Assembly (NCBI GenBank): GCA_963712565.1 | Contig: CAVQIP010000072.1 | Span: 245 to 64,244 of the forward strand | Direction of reading: 5' to 3' | Source: an uncultured Alphaproteobacteria bacterium | GTDB taxonomy: Bacteria; Pseudomonadota; Alphaproteobacteria; Rhizobiales; Xanthobacteraceae | Length of the DNA: 64,000 nt | Shown: positions 25,304-34,633 of the stretch, piece after piece | How positions within the stretch are numbered: position 1 is the first letter of the stretch | Layout: each line of letters opens with the position of its first letter | Notes under the pieces: generated by a model | Database searches by the model: none | What the model saw: only the letters and a program-made list of their open reading frames with translations | Told to the model about the DNA's origin: nothing | Translations under genes and position numbers: made by a program

Positions 25304-26323
25304 ATGAAGAAATCGATACTCGTCCTGATCATCGTTCTCGCCGCCGCGTCGCCGGGCCGCGCGCAGCAAGAAGACGTTGCCGCCTTCTTCAGGGGCAAGA
25401 CGCTGCGGCTGATCGTCGGCATCGGCGTCGGCTCGGGCTACGACATCAATGCGCGGCTGCTGGCGCGTCACATGGCCGCGCATATTCCTGGCCAGCCCAC
25501 CATCATCGTGCAGAACCAGCCCGGCGCCGGCAGCCTGACCATGACCAACGCGCTCTACAACACCGGCCCGTTCGACGGCACGGTGATGGGCGCTTCGTTC
25601 AACGGCATGCCGACCACGCCGCTGCTGCAGCCCGCCGGCGCGCGCTTCGACCCGAACAAGCTCCTCTGGCTCGGCAGCACCAACCGCGAGACCCAGGTCA
25701 CTTATGTCTGGCACACCGTACCGGTGCAGAGCCTCGACGAGGTCAGGACCAAGGAGCTCGTGGTGGGCGCGCAGGCGCCGGGCTCGACCCAGTACGACTA
25801 CCCGATGCTGGTCAATCATCTGTTCGGGTTCAAGTTCAAGGTCGTCACCGGCTACCAGAGCACGTCGAAGATCAACCTGGCGATGGAGAGCGGCGAGGTG
25901 CAGGGCACGCTCGCCAACTGGTCGACGCTCAAGGCGCTGAGCTCCCAGTGGCTGGCGGAGAACAAGGTCAAGATCATCGCGCAATGGGCGCTGCAGAAGC
26001 ATCCCGAGCTCGCGGATGTGCCGCTGGCGCTCGACCTGGCCAAGACCGATGCCGACCGGCAGGCGCTGAGGCTTGCGCTCGCGCGGCTGGAATACGGCCG
26101 TCCGTTCTTTCTGCCGCCCAACGTGCCGGTGGCGCGCGTCGAGGCGCTGCGGCGCGCATTCGACGCCACCATGAAGGACCCGGCCTATCTGGCCGAGGCC
26201 GACAAGCTCAAGATCGACGTCGAGCCGCTCTCCGGCGAGCAGGTCGCCACGCTGGTCGAGCAGGTCTCGCGCACGCCGGCCGACACCGTCGCACGCGTGC
26301 GCGCGGCGATGGAGAACAAGTAA
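25304..26323 (+). CDS. TctC/Bug family substrate-binding protein (divergent subgroup)
   Basis: The signal peptide is MKKSILVLIIVLAAASPGRA. Blocks GIGVGSGYDINARLLARH and QNQPGAGS are present. It belongs to the same subgroup as 48023..49066. Confidence 0.8.
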   Translation: MKKSILVLIIVLAAASPGRAQQEDVAAFFRGKTLRLIVGIGVGSGYDINARLLARHMAAHIPGQPTIIVQNQPGAGSLTMTNALYNTGPFDGTVMGASFNGMPTTPLLQPAGARFDPNKLLWLGSTNRETQVTYVWHTVPVQSLDEVRTKELVVGAQAPGSTQYDYPMLVNHLFGFKFKVVTGYQSTSKINLAMESGEVQGTLANWSTLKALSSQWLAENKVKIIAQWALQKHPELADVPLALDLAKTDADRQALRLALARLEYGRPFFLPPNVPVARVEALRRAFDATMKDPAYLAEADKLKIDVEPLSGEQVATLVEQVSRTPADTVARVRAAMENK

Positions 26324-26340
26324 CGAGGTCTGCCAATTGC

Positions 26341-26475
26341 TGTCGTCCCCGCGCATCCGATCTCGGGTTTACCCGAGATCGGCACTTTTAGCGCGCATGT
26401 CGACTATAGCCGACATGCGTCGGGGACCCAACCACCGGCTCTGGAATATGGGTCCCCGCTTGCGCGGGGACGACA
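26341..26475. repeat. Composite REP: an A-type element whose first hairpin is split by a C-type pair
   Basis: The sequence reads gtcgtccccgcgca[tccgatctcgggtttacccgagatcgg...catgtcgactatagccgacatg]cgtcggggac, followed by ccaaccaccggctctggaatatgg and gtccccgcttgcgcggggac. Confidence 0.75.
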
Positions 26476-26577
26476 GAAAGGCCCTGCGGTAGGGGCCGAA
26501 ACCGACTCCCCTCGCCCGCCCTTTCGGCTATAAACGTGCCTCCCGCACAGCCCCCTTCCCACATTTCGGACGCCGAC

Positions 26578-28920
26578 ATGGATGCAAACACCGTTGAAAG
26601 CCGCGCGCATCACGAGCCGCGCCTGGAGGACGACGCCCTGGTGCGCGGGCTGGGACGCTATGCCGCCGACGCCCCGTTGACCGGCCAGGTCTATGCATAT
26701 TTCGTGCGCTCCCCGCACGCCTTCGCGGACATCACCGCGATCGACACGACCGCGGCCAAGGCCGCGCCCGGGGTGCTGGCGGTGCTCACCGCCGCCGACA
26801 TGGCAGGGATCGGCAACGTCTCCCAGCACCCGCCGCTCGCCGGCCGGGGCGGCGCCAAGCTCATCGTTCCCCACCGCCCGGCGCTTGCCGGCGAGACCGT
26901 GCGGCACGTGGGCGAGCCGGTCGCCGTCGTGATCGCCGAGACGCTCACCGCCGCGCAGGACGCAGCCGAGCTCGTCAGCGTCGACTATCGCGAGCGCGCG
27001 CCCGCGGTCGACCTGCGCGCCGCCGTGCGCGACGGCGCGCCGCAAGTCTGGCCGGAGGCTCCCGGCAATATCGCGGTCGACTGGCCCGGATTGGCGAGCG
27101 ACCCCGACGCCAATGCCAAAGAGGTCGAGCGCGTCATCGCGGCGGCAGCGCATGTGGCGCGGGTCGCGCTGGTTCATCAACGCATCATGGTGCATTCGAT
27201 GGAGCCGCGCGGTGCGACCGCGCGCTACGATGCGGAGAACGACAGCTATTTCCTGCGCTGCTGCTCGCAGAGCGCACGCGCGCTGCGCGACGGACTGGCT
27301 CCCATCCTGGGCGTTGCCAAGGAGCGCCTGCGGGTCGTCACCGAGGACGTCGGCGGCGCGTTCGGTTTGAAGACCGGGCCCTATCCGGAATACCTCGCGA
27401 TCCTGGTGGCGGCGCGCAAGCTCGGCCGCCCGGTGCATTGGATGTCGAACCGCGCCGAGGCCTTCCTCAGCGACAATCACGCGCGCGACGCCTACAGCGA
27501 CGTCGAGCTCGCGCTCGACGAACGCGGAAAATTCCTGGCGCTGCGCGTGCGCCACCTCGGCAACATGGGGGCCTATATCGGCGCCGTGGGGGCCAACATC
27601 CAGACCGTGAACCTCACGCGCTGCCTGCCCGGCATGTACGACATTCCCCTGATCGACATCGGCGTGCGCTGCGTGTTCACCAACACCACGACCACCGCGC
27701 CCTACCGCGGCGCCGGGCGTCCGGAGGCGAACTTCATCCTCGAGCGCGTCATCGACGAGGCCGCGCGCGTCACCGGCACCGATCCGGTCAAGCTGCGCCG
27801 GCGCAACCTGATCAAGCCTTCGGCGATGCCGTACAAGACCGCGGTCGGCACCACCATCGACAGCGGCGAGTTCGCGACCGTGCTCGACAAGGCGCTCGCG
27901 CTCGCCGACTACGACGGCTTCAAGCAGCGCCGGCGCGAGGCCGCCAAGCGCGGCAAATATCGCGGGCTCGGCATTTCCTGCATGCTGGAGCACGCCGGCG
28001 GGTTCCCGCTCGAAGGCACGGCGCTGAGCTTTCCCGGCGGGGAAACGCTCGTGCTCGGCCTCAACGTGCAGTCGACCGGCCAGGGCCACGCCAGCACGTT
28101 CAATCCGCTGCTGGCAGAGCGGCTCGGCATCAAGCCCGGGCAGATCGAGCACCGCCAGGGCGACTCGGCGATGGAAATCGCGGGCTATGCCTCGGTCGGC
28201 TCGCGTTCCGCGATGACCGTGAGCCACGCCATGATCAAGACCGTCGAGGCGATGCTGACGAAAGGCAAGGCGATCGCCGCCGGCGTGCTGGAAGCGGCCG
28301 AATCCGACATCGAATACCGCGACGGACGGTTCAACGTGGTCGGCACCGATCGCGCGATCTCGCTGTTCGATCTCGCGGCGCGGGCCAAGGAGATGAAAAA
28401 ACGCGGCGAGATTCCCGAGGACCTTGACACCAAGACCAACGCCGAGACGCCGCTCACCTTTCCCAACGGCTGCCATATCGCCGAGGTCGAGATCGATCCC
28501 TTGACCGGCTCGCTCGTGCTCGCCGCCTATAGCGCGGTCGACGATTGCGGGCGCCCGCTCAACACCATGATCGTCGAGGGCCAGACCCACGGTTCGATCG
28601 CCCAGGGCCTCGGCCAGGCCATGATGGAGAACGCGGTGTTCGACGATTCCGGCGGCCAACTGATCACCGGCTCGTTCATGGACTACGCCATGCCGCGCGC
28701 CGACGACGTGCCGTCCTTCCGCGACGCCATCCACGCGGTGCCGGCGACCACCAACCCGCTGGGCGTGAAGGGCGCCGGCGAAGCCGGCACCACCGCCGCG
28801 ATCTCAGCGCTGATGAACGCCGTCGCCGATGCCATTCCGGGCGGGGCCGGCGCGCATCTCGACATGCCGGCGACGGCGGAAAAGATCTGGCAGGCGTGCC
28901 GAAAGGCGCAGCAGAAGTAA
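26578..28920 (+). CDS. Xanthine dehydrogenase-family molybdopterin-binding subunit (CoxL/aerobic-type large subunit homologue)
   Basis: ATG 26578. The 780-aa protein has family blocks: RLEDDALVRGLGRY, GGAFG, YRGAGRPEA, GQGHAST and GVKGAGEAGTTAA near the C-terminus. Confidence 0.9.
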   Translation: MDANTVESRAHHEPRLEDDALVRGLGRYAADAPLTGQVYAYFVRSPHAFADITAIDTTAAKAAPGVLAVLTAADMAGIGNVSQHPPLAGRGGAKLIVPHRPALAGETVRHVGEPVAVVIAETLTAAQDAAELVSVDYRERAPAVDLRAAVRDGAPQVWPEAPGNIAVDWPGLASDPDANAKEVERVIAAAAHVARVALVHQRIMVHSMEPRGATARYDAENDSYFLRCCSQSARALRDGLAPILGVAKERLRVVTEDVGGAFGLKTGPYPEYLAILVAARKLGRPVHWMSNRAEAFLSDNHARDAYSDVELALDERGKFLALRVRHLGNMGAYIGAVGANIQTVNLTRCLPGMYDIPLIDIGVRCVFTNTTTTAPYRGAGRPEANFILERVIDEAARVTGTDPVKLRRRNLIKPSAMPYKTAVGTTIDSGEFATVLDKALALADYDGFKQRRREAAKRGKYRGLGISCMLEHAGGFPLEGTALSFPGGETLVLGLNVQSTGQGHASTFNPLLAERLGIKPGQIEHRQGDSAMEIAGYASVGSRSAMTVSHAMIKTVEAMLTKGKAIAAGVLEAAESDIEYRDGRFNVVGTDRAISLFDLAARAKEMKKRGEIPEDLDTKTNAETPLTFPNGCHIAEVEIDPLTGSLVLAAYSAVDDCGRPLNTMIVEGQTHGSIAQGLGQAMMENAVFDDSGGQLITGSFMDYAMPRADDVPSFRDAIHAVPATTNPLGVKGAGEAGTTAAISALMNAVADAIPGGAGAHLDMPATAEKIWQACRKAQQK

Positions 28921-28943
28921 GGTCGTCATCGCCGAGCTTCGAC

Positions 28944-29067
28944 ACCGCAAGTCGGGTTTACCCGACCTGCGGCGCTTTAGGCTGCGGAACTCGGGCAAGC
29001 CCGAGTTCCGGTGCAATCCATCATTCTTGCAAAACAGATGGATGCGCGGGTCAAGCCCGCGCATGAC
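28944..29067. repeat. REP-like cluster (C-type pair plus B-type hairpin atgcgcggg..cccgcgcat)
   Basis: It reads gcaagtcgggtttacccgac.., ggaactcgggcaagcccgagttcc, ccatc..gatgg and atgcgcgggtcaagcccgcgcat. Confidence 0.75.
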
Positions 29068-29085
29068 GATGTGGCGCTAACTCGG

Positions 29086-30513
29086 CTACCCCTGCGAAAT
29101 AAACTTCGTGTTGAGGTAGGCGCCAAGCCCCTCGATGCCACCTTCGCTGCCGTGGCCGGATTCCTTGACGCCGCCGAACGGCGTCTCCGGCGTGGAGACG
29201 GCGATGGAATTGACGCCGACCATGCCGGACTCGATGGCGTCGCCGATCGCGGCCGCGGTCGCATTCGAGCTGGTGAAGGCATAGGCGGCGAGGCCGTAGG
29301 GCAGCGAGTTCGCGCGTTCCACCACCTCGTCGAAGGTCTTGAAGGTGACGATCGGCGCGATCGGCCCGAACGGCTCCTGGGTCATCACCTTGGAATCGTC
29401 GGGCACCTCGGTCACGATCGTCGGCTCGTAGAAATAGCCCTGGTTGCCGCGCCGCTTGCCGCCGGTGACGACGTTGCCGCCGCGCTGCTTGGCGTCCGCC
29501 ACGAAGCTCTCCATGGCGTCGATGCGGCGCGCATTCGCCATCGGTCCCATGGTGACGCCCTTTTCGAGGCCGTCGCCGAGCTTGACGCCCTTGGCATATT
29601 CGGAGAACCGCGCCAGGAACTTCTTGTAGGCGTCCTCCTGCACGTAGAAGCGGGTGGGCGAGATGCAGACCTGGCCGGCGTTGCGGTACTTGAAGGCGGC
29701 GATGGTGTCGGCCGCCTTCTCCGCGTCGGCGTCGGCGAACACCACCACCGGCGAATGGCCGCCGAGCTCCATGGTGGTGCGCTTCATGCCCTTGGCCGCC
29801 AGCGCCGCGAGGTGCTTGCCGACCGGGATCGAGCCGGTGAAGGAGATTTTGCGCACCGCGTCCTTGGCGAGGAGATGTTCGGACACCTCGGCAGGCACGC
29901 CGAACACGAGGTTGAGCACGCCGGCGGGCAGCCCCGCGTCGGCAAAGCAGCGCACCATCTCGATGCAGGCGCCGGGCGTCTCCTCGGAGGCCTTGAGAAT
30001 GAGCGCGCAGCCCGCGGCGAGCGCGCCGCCCACCTTGCGCGCGGGGGTGAGCACGGGAAAGTTCCACGGGGTGAAGGCGGCGACGATACCGACCGGCTCC
30101 GTGACCACCAGCTGCCGCGTGCCCTTGGTGCGTCCCGGCACGATGCGGCCGTAGCTGCGGCGGCCCTCCTCGGCGTACCAGTCGATGATGTCGGCCGAGG
30201 TCATCACCTCCGCGCGCGCCTCGGCGTAGACCTTGCCCTGCTCCTGCACCATGACTTTCGAGATCGCGTCGTGACGCTCGCGCATGAGTTCGGCGGCCTT
30301 GCGCATGATCTTGGCGCGGTCATAGGCCGAGGTCGTCCGCCACAGCGCGAAGCCCTTCTTGGCGGCCGCCAGCGCCTCGTCGAGATCGGCCTTGCTCGCA
30401 TGCGGCAACTGCGCCAGCGGCTTCTCGGTCGCGGGATTGAGCACCTCCTCGCCCTTGCGGCCGCCGCCGTTCACCCACTTGCCGTCGATATAGAGCGCAA
30501 GATCGGTATACAT
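29086..30513 (-). CDS. NAD(P)+-dependent aldehyde dehydrogenase (succinate-semialdehyde dehydrogenase-like)
   Basis: ORF trimmed to MYTDLALYIDGKWV (ATG 30511-30513, GAGGA SD). ALDH motifs FTGS, ELGG and the catalytic-Cys block NAGQVCISPTR are present. Confidence 0.9.
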   Translation of the reverse strand: MYTDLALYIDGKWVNGGGRKGEEVLNPATEKPLAQLPHASKADLDEALAAAKKGFALWRTTSAYDRAKIMRKAAELMRERHDAISKVMVQEQGKVYAEARAEVMTSADIIDWYAEEGRRSYGRIVPGRTKGTRQLVVTEPVGIVAAFTPWNFPVLTPARKVGGALAAGCALILKASEETPGACIEMVRCFADAGLPAGVLNLVFGVPAEVSEHLLAKDAVRKISFTGSIPVGKHLAALAAKGMKRTTMELGGHSPVVVFADADAEKAADTIAAFKYRNAGQVCISPTRFYVQEDAYKKFLARFSEYAKGVKLGDGLEKGVTMGPMANARRIDAMESFVADAKQRGGNVVTGGKRRGNQGYFYEPTIVTEVPDDSKVMTQEPFGPIAPIVTFKTFDEVVERANSLPYGLAAYAFTSSNATAAAIGDAIESGMVGVNSIAVSTPETPFGGVKESGHGSEGGIEGLGAYLNTKFISQG

Positions 30514-30766
30514 GAGGTCCTCGTTGCTTCTTCGTGATCCGCGATTGGTTGCGAAGGGATTAGCACTATTTGGCGAGGGATTCACCTCTCTCGCGTGTCA
30601 TTCCGGCCGAGCGGCGCAGACAAGTTTACGCAGTCTGCGCACGCTTGACTGCCTGCGAGCGCCGGAACCCAGTAGACACCGGGCGTTGCGCCTGCCCGAT
30701 GGCTCATCGCAAGGCCGCGGATTACGCCATGTCCACTGCGCGGGCATGCCAATCGACGCGCAGAAT

Positions 30767-31522
30767 TCATCCCAGAAACGTCCCGCCGTTGACCTGGATG
30801 TTCTGCCCGGTGATGAAGCTCGCGCCCGGGCCGCAGAGGAAGCGCACGGCGGCGGCGATGTCGCTGGGCTCGCCGCGCCGGCCGATGAGGGCATGCACAC
30901 GCGCGTGGTGCTGCGGCTCGGGTTGGCCCGCCGGCCGCGGCGCCGCCATCACGCCGGGCGTCACCGTGTTGACCCGGATCTTGTCCTCGGCGAGCTCGTG
31001 CGCGAGCGCGCGGGTGAAGCCGACGAGGCCGGCCTTGGCGGCCACCACGTGCGGGCGCCGCGCCGCCCCGGTGTGGGCGGAGAGGCCACCGATATTCACG
31101 ATCGCGCCGGCGCCGCTGCGCTTGAGATGAGGCAGGCAGGCTTTCACGCAATTGAACGCGCCGTCGAGGATGACGGCGGTGATGGCGCGCCAGTCGGCAA
31201 GCGTCATGGTCGCGAGCGGCTGCTCGGCGCGCACCGCCGCGTTGTTGACCAGAATGTCGATGCGGCCGAATTTTTGCGCGGCGGCCGCGACCATCGCATC
31301 GACCGCGTCGGCGTCGGCGACGTCGGCGGTGACGGCAAGCGCCTTGCCGCCCGCCCGCTCGATCTCGTCCGCGACCGCCTCGGCCTCCCTCAGATTGGAG
31401 CGCGCATTGACCACGACCGCGGCGCCGCCGTCGGCGAGCGCGAGCGCGATGCCGCGCCCGATATTGCGCCCGGCGCCGGTGACGATCGCGACGCGGCCGG
31501 ACAATTCCTTCTCAGAAGCCAT
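30767..31522 (-). CDS. SDR-family oxidoreductase (FabG-like)
   Basis: TGAGRNIGRGIA cofactor motif, NNAA, and a variant active-site segment VVAAKAG in place of classical YxxxK. The length is 251 aa. Confidence 0.85.
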   Translation of the reverse strand: MASEKELSGRVAIVTGAGRNIGRGIALALADGGAAVVVNARSNLREAEAVADEIERAGGKALAVTADVADADAVDAMVAAAAQKFGRIDILVNNAAVRAEQPLATMTLADWRAITAVILDGAFNCVKACLPHLKRSGAGAIVNIGGLSAHTGAARRPHVVAAKAGLVGFTRALAHELAEDKIRVNTVTPGVMAAPRPAGQPEPQHHARVHALIGRRGEPSDIAAAVRFLCGPGASFITGQNIQVNGGTFLG

Positions 31523-31528
31523 TTGCGT

Positions 31529-32902
31529 TCACCCGCGTAAGAATGAAAGATCGGTTCTGCCATCGTAAAGCGTTCGCAGCCGTGCGAGCGCCTGCTGCGT
31601 GCGCGCGTCGTCCCAGCTACCGTGCCGGGCATTGAGCACGAACTTCTCCTCGATGTCGGCGCGGGTGAGCGGCTCGTGCGCGCCGCCGCGCATGTGCGGT
31701 TGGCGCTCCTCGAGCACGCGGCCGTCGGCGAACACGGCGCGGATGTGGCCGGTGAAATTCTTCGGGTAGGGATTGTCCGGATCGATGCGGTAGCCGACTT
31801 TCGCCGCCAGCGCGAGCACGGCAGCCTCCTGCACCGCATCGTCGGTGAAGGCGTCGAGCCCGACATTGCCGTGCACGAAGGCGCGCGCGATGCAATAGGG
31901 CGTGGAGAATTTCCCGGCGTAACCGTTGGGCGGGCGCTGCTTGGCGGCGAGCGGCTCCCATAGCCTGTGCACCGTTCCTTCGCCGACCTCGCAGACCATT
32001 TCCGCGACCTCCTGAGCCCTGACGCCGCGCGCGGCGAGCCGTCGCGCGCAGTCGATATAGGGGTGGGTCATGGTCCCGCACGGATAGGGTTTGAAGGCGA
32101 GGGTCTGGGCCGCCCAGCGCGCGCCGAAATCGCCGGTGAGCGCGTCGTAGTCGCCCGTGGTGGTGCGGGCGAAGCCGTGGAACAGGCCGTGCGCGCCTTC
32201 GAACACGGTGCGCGGGCCGACGAAGCCGGCACGCGCCAAGAGCGCCGCGCGCAGGCCCGATTGCGCTGCCCAGCCCGCGTGCAGCCGCTTGGTCCAGGCG
32301 CCTTCGGCGAGGTATTCGATGATGCCGCCGGCCATTGAGCCGGCGATGCCGAGCGCGTCGACGAGTTGGCGCGGGGTGAGTCTGAGCGCGGCGCCGACGC
32401 CGGCAGCCGCCGCCATGGCGCCGAACACGGCGGTGGGATGAAAGCCCGCCGCGTGCACCGCCTTCGGCGTCACGACGCTGAGGCGGCAGATCACCTCCAC
32501 GCCGACCGCGATGCCCAGCAGTGCCGGCGGCCCGCCGCCATCGTAACGCTCGCAGGCCGCCAGCACCGCCGGCACGATGACGGCGCCGGCATGCACTGGG
32601 CCGCCCTCGAAGGTGTCGTCGAAATCCTCGCCATGCGCGGCCGTGCCGTTGACGAAGGCGGCCCCGGCCGCGCTCAGGCGGCGCGCATGCCCGATCGCGG
32701 TGCAGGGCCCTTCGTCGTCCCAGCCCGCGAGCGCCGAGGTCACGTAACTCTCGTTGCGCGCGGTGAGGCAGAGGCCGACGACGTCGACCGCCAAGTCTTC
32801 GCATTTGCGGCGCACAGCCGGCGGCAGGCGCGCGGGATCGAGCGCCGCGATCTTGTGCGCCAAAATCTCGGCGACCGAGGTCTCGGGAAGAGAGGCGTCC
32901 AT
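31529..32902 (-). CDS. MmgE/PrpD family protein (2-methylcitrate dehydratase superfamily)
   Basis: This 457-aa protein shows PrpD-fold blocks: AHGEDFDDT, GFHPTAVFGA and KPYPCG. Its start lies 3 nt after the upstream permease stop. Confidence 0.85.
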   Translation of the reverse strand: MDASLPETSVAEILAHKIAALDPARLPPAVRRKCEDLAVDVVGLCLTARNESYVTSALAGWDDEGPCTAIGHARRLSAAGAAFVNGTAAHGEDFDDTFEGGPVHAGAVIVPAVLAACERYDGGGPPALLGIAVGVEVICRLSVVTPKAVHAAGFHPTAVFGAMAAAAGVGAALRLTPRQLVDALGIAGSMAGGIIEYLAEGAWTKRLHAGWAAQSGLRAALLARAGFVGPRTVFEGAHGLFHGFARTTTGDYDALTGDFGARWAAQTLAFKPYPCGTMTHPYIDCARRLAARGVRAQEVAEMVCEVGEGTVHRLWEPLAAKQRPPNGYAGKFSTPYCIARAFVHGNVGLDAFTDDAVQEAAVLALAAKVGYRIDPDNPYPKNFTGHIRAVFADGRVLEERQPHMRGGAHEPLTRADIEEKFVLNARHGSWDDARTQQALARLRTLYDGRTDLSFLRG

Positions 32903-32905
32903 GGA

Positions 32906-34624
32906 TCAGGCGTTGCGCAGGCGGGCCTCGCCGAAGCCGGGAATGCGGTTGACCGCGATGACGACCGCGAAGGTGATTGCCAGCATGATCAGGCCGAGCA
33001 CCGAGATCGCGCCGAGGTCGCCCAACTCGTTGAGATCGAAGATCAGCACCGAGATCACCTTGGTCTCCGAGGTGAACAGCATGATGGCGGCCGACAATTC
33101 GCGGATGACGCCGACGAAGATGAAGCACCAGGTCGCGATCACGCTCGTTCGCAGGAGCGGGGCGGTGATGTCGCGCAACGTGCGCAGCCGCGTCGAGCCG
33201 AGGATCCGGCTGGCGTCCTCGAGATCGGTATGCACGGAGCGGAACGCCGACTGCAGCTGCTGGTAGGCGGCAGGCAGCGCGATGGTCACGAACGCGAGCA
33301 GCAGGATCCACAGCGTGCCATAGAGCACGAATGGCGGCCGCGCGTAGCTCAGGAACAGGCCGACGCCGAGCACGATGCCCGGGATGGCGACCGGCGCGGT
33401 CGCGAGGAAGCCGAGCGCGCGGTAGCCGCGGATCGCGCGCCGCGTCGTGACATAGGCGATCACCAGCGCCATGATCGTTCCGATGGTCGCCGACGCGACG
33501 CCGAGCACGAACGTGTTCTTGACCGCGAGCTTGGTCGCCGACAATTCGAAGAACACGAAGTGGATATTGTGCAGCGTGAAATTATCGAACGTAACAAACG
33601 AAGTGGCGACTCGCGAGAAGGTCGCATTTAGCAACGCGCCGTAGGGCAAGAACACCGGGCACAGGAGGATGAAGAACACGAAGGCGATCGCCGCCCATTT
33701 CAGCGCGCCGAGCCGAATGAGCCTCGGGTCGCCCTGCTTGCCGCCCACGACCGAATAGCCACGACGGCCGAGCACGAGGTGCTCGGCGCGCAGCAATACA
33801 ACGGTGAGGACGAGCAGCGGCACCGAGGCCGCCGCCGCAAGCTCGGGCTTGGGCGGATAATTGAACAGGCTCCAGATTTTGGTCGTCATGGTGTGGAAGC
33901 CGGCCGGGATGGCCAGGATCGCCGGCGAGCCGAACAGCGTCATCGCCTGCAGGAAGGCGACCAGCGCGCCGGCCAGCAGCGCGGGCAGCGCGAGCGGAAT
34001 CGTGATGCGCCGGGCCGTCGTCCAGGTGCGGCCGCCGAGGATCGAGGAGGCGTCCTCGAGGTCGCCGGGAATGCGGTCGAGCGCATTGGCGAGCAGCACG
34101 AACACGTAGGGGAAGGTGTAGCAGGAGATCACGAAGATCAGGCCGGCCAGCGAATAGATGTTTAAGAGGTGCTCGTCCGCCGGCGCGCCGGTCACCGCCC
34201 GGTAGACCTTGTTGAGGAGGCCGCTGTTCGGCGCCGCCAACAGTTCCCAGGCGATGGCGCCAAGAAAGGGAGGGGTCACGAAAGACGCCGTGACCAGCGC
34301 GCGCACGGTTCGGCGCAGCGGCATGTCGGTGCGCGCGACCAGCCATCCCATGGGCGCGGCGAAACCGCAACAGATGATGCTCGAGCTCGTCGCCAGGATC
34401 AGCGTCGTCATCAACGGATCGACGAAGACCGGGTCGGTGACCAGCGTCCTGAAGTTGTCGAGCGTGAAGGCGCCGCTGCGGTCGACGAGGCTGTAATAGA
34501 CCAGCCAGGACATCGGCAGGATGATCAGCACGCACAACAGCGCGGCGAACAGGAGCAGGATCGGCCACGAGAGATCGACCTTGAGCCTGCGCGGCACGAC
34601 CACGGCGGGCAATGCGATGGTCAT
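32906..34624 (-). CDS. ABC transporter permease, fused two-domain (FbpB/iron(III)-type)
   Basis: This 572-aa protein has two BPD_transp_1 halves, each with an EAA-like loop (DLEDASSILGGRTW and DLEDASRILGSTRL). Confidence 0.85.
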   Translation of the reverse strand: MTIALPAVVVPRRLKVDLSWPILLLFAALLCVLIILPMSWLVYYSLVDRSGAFTLDNFRTLVTDPVFVDPLMTTLILATSSSIICCGFAAPMGWLVARTDMPLRRTVRALVTASFVTPPFLGAIAWELLAAPNSGLLNKVYRAVTGAPADEHLLNIYSLAGLIFVISCYTFPYVFVLLANALDRIPGDLEDASSILGGRTWTTARRITIPLALPALLAGALVAFLQAMTLFGSPAILAIPAGFHTMTTKIWSLFNYPPKPELAAAASVPLLVLTVVLLRAEHLVLGRRGYSVVGGKQGDPRLIRLGALKWAAIAFVFFILLCPVFLPYGALLNATFSRVATSFVTFDNFTLHNIHFVFFELSATKLAVKNTFVLGVASATIGTIMALVIAYVTTRRAIRGYRALGFLATAPVAIPGIVLGVGLFLSYARPPFVLYGTLWILLLAFVTIALPAAYQQLQSAFRSVHTDLEDASRILGSTRLRTLRDITAPLLRTSVIATWCFIFVGVIRELSAAIMLFTSETKVISVLIFDLNELGDLGAISVLGLIMLAITFAVVIAVNRIPGFGEARLRNA

Positions 34625-34633
34625 GACCGGCGA

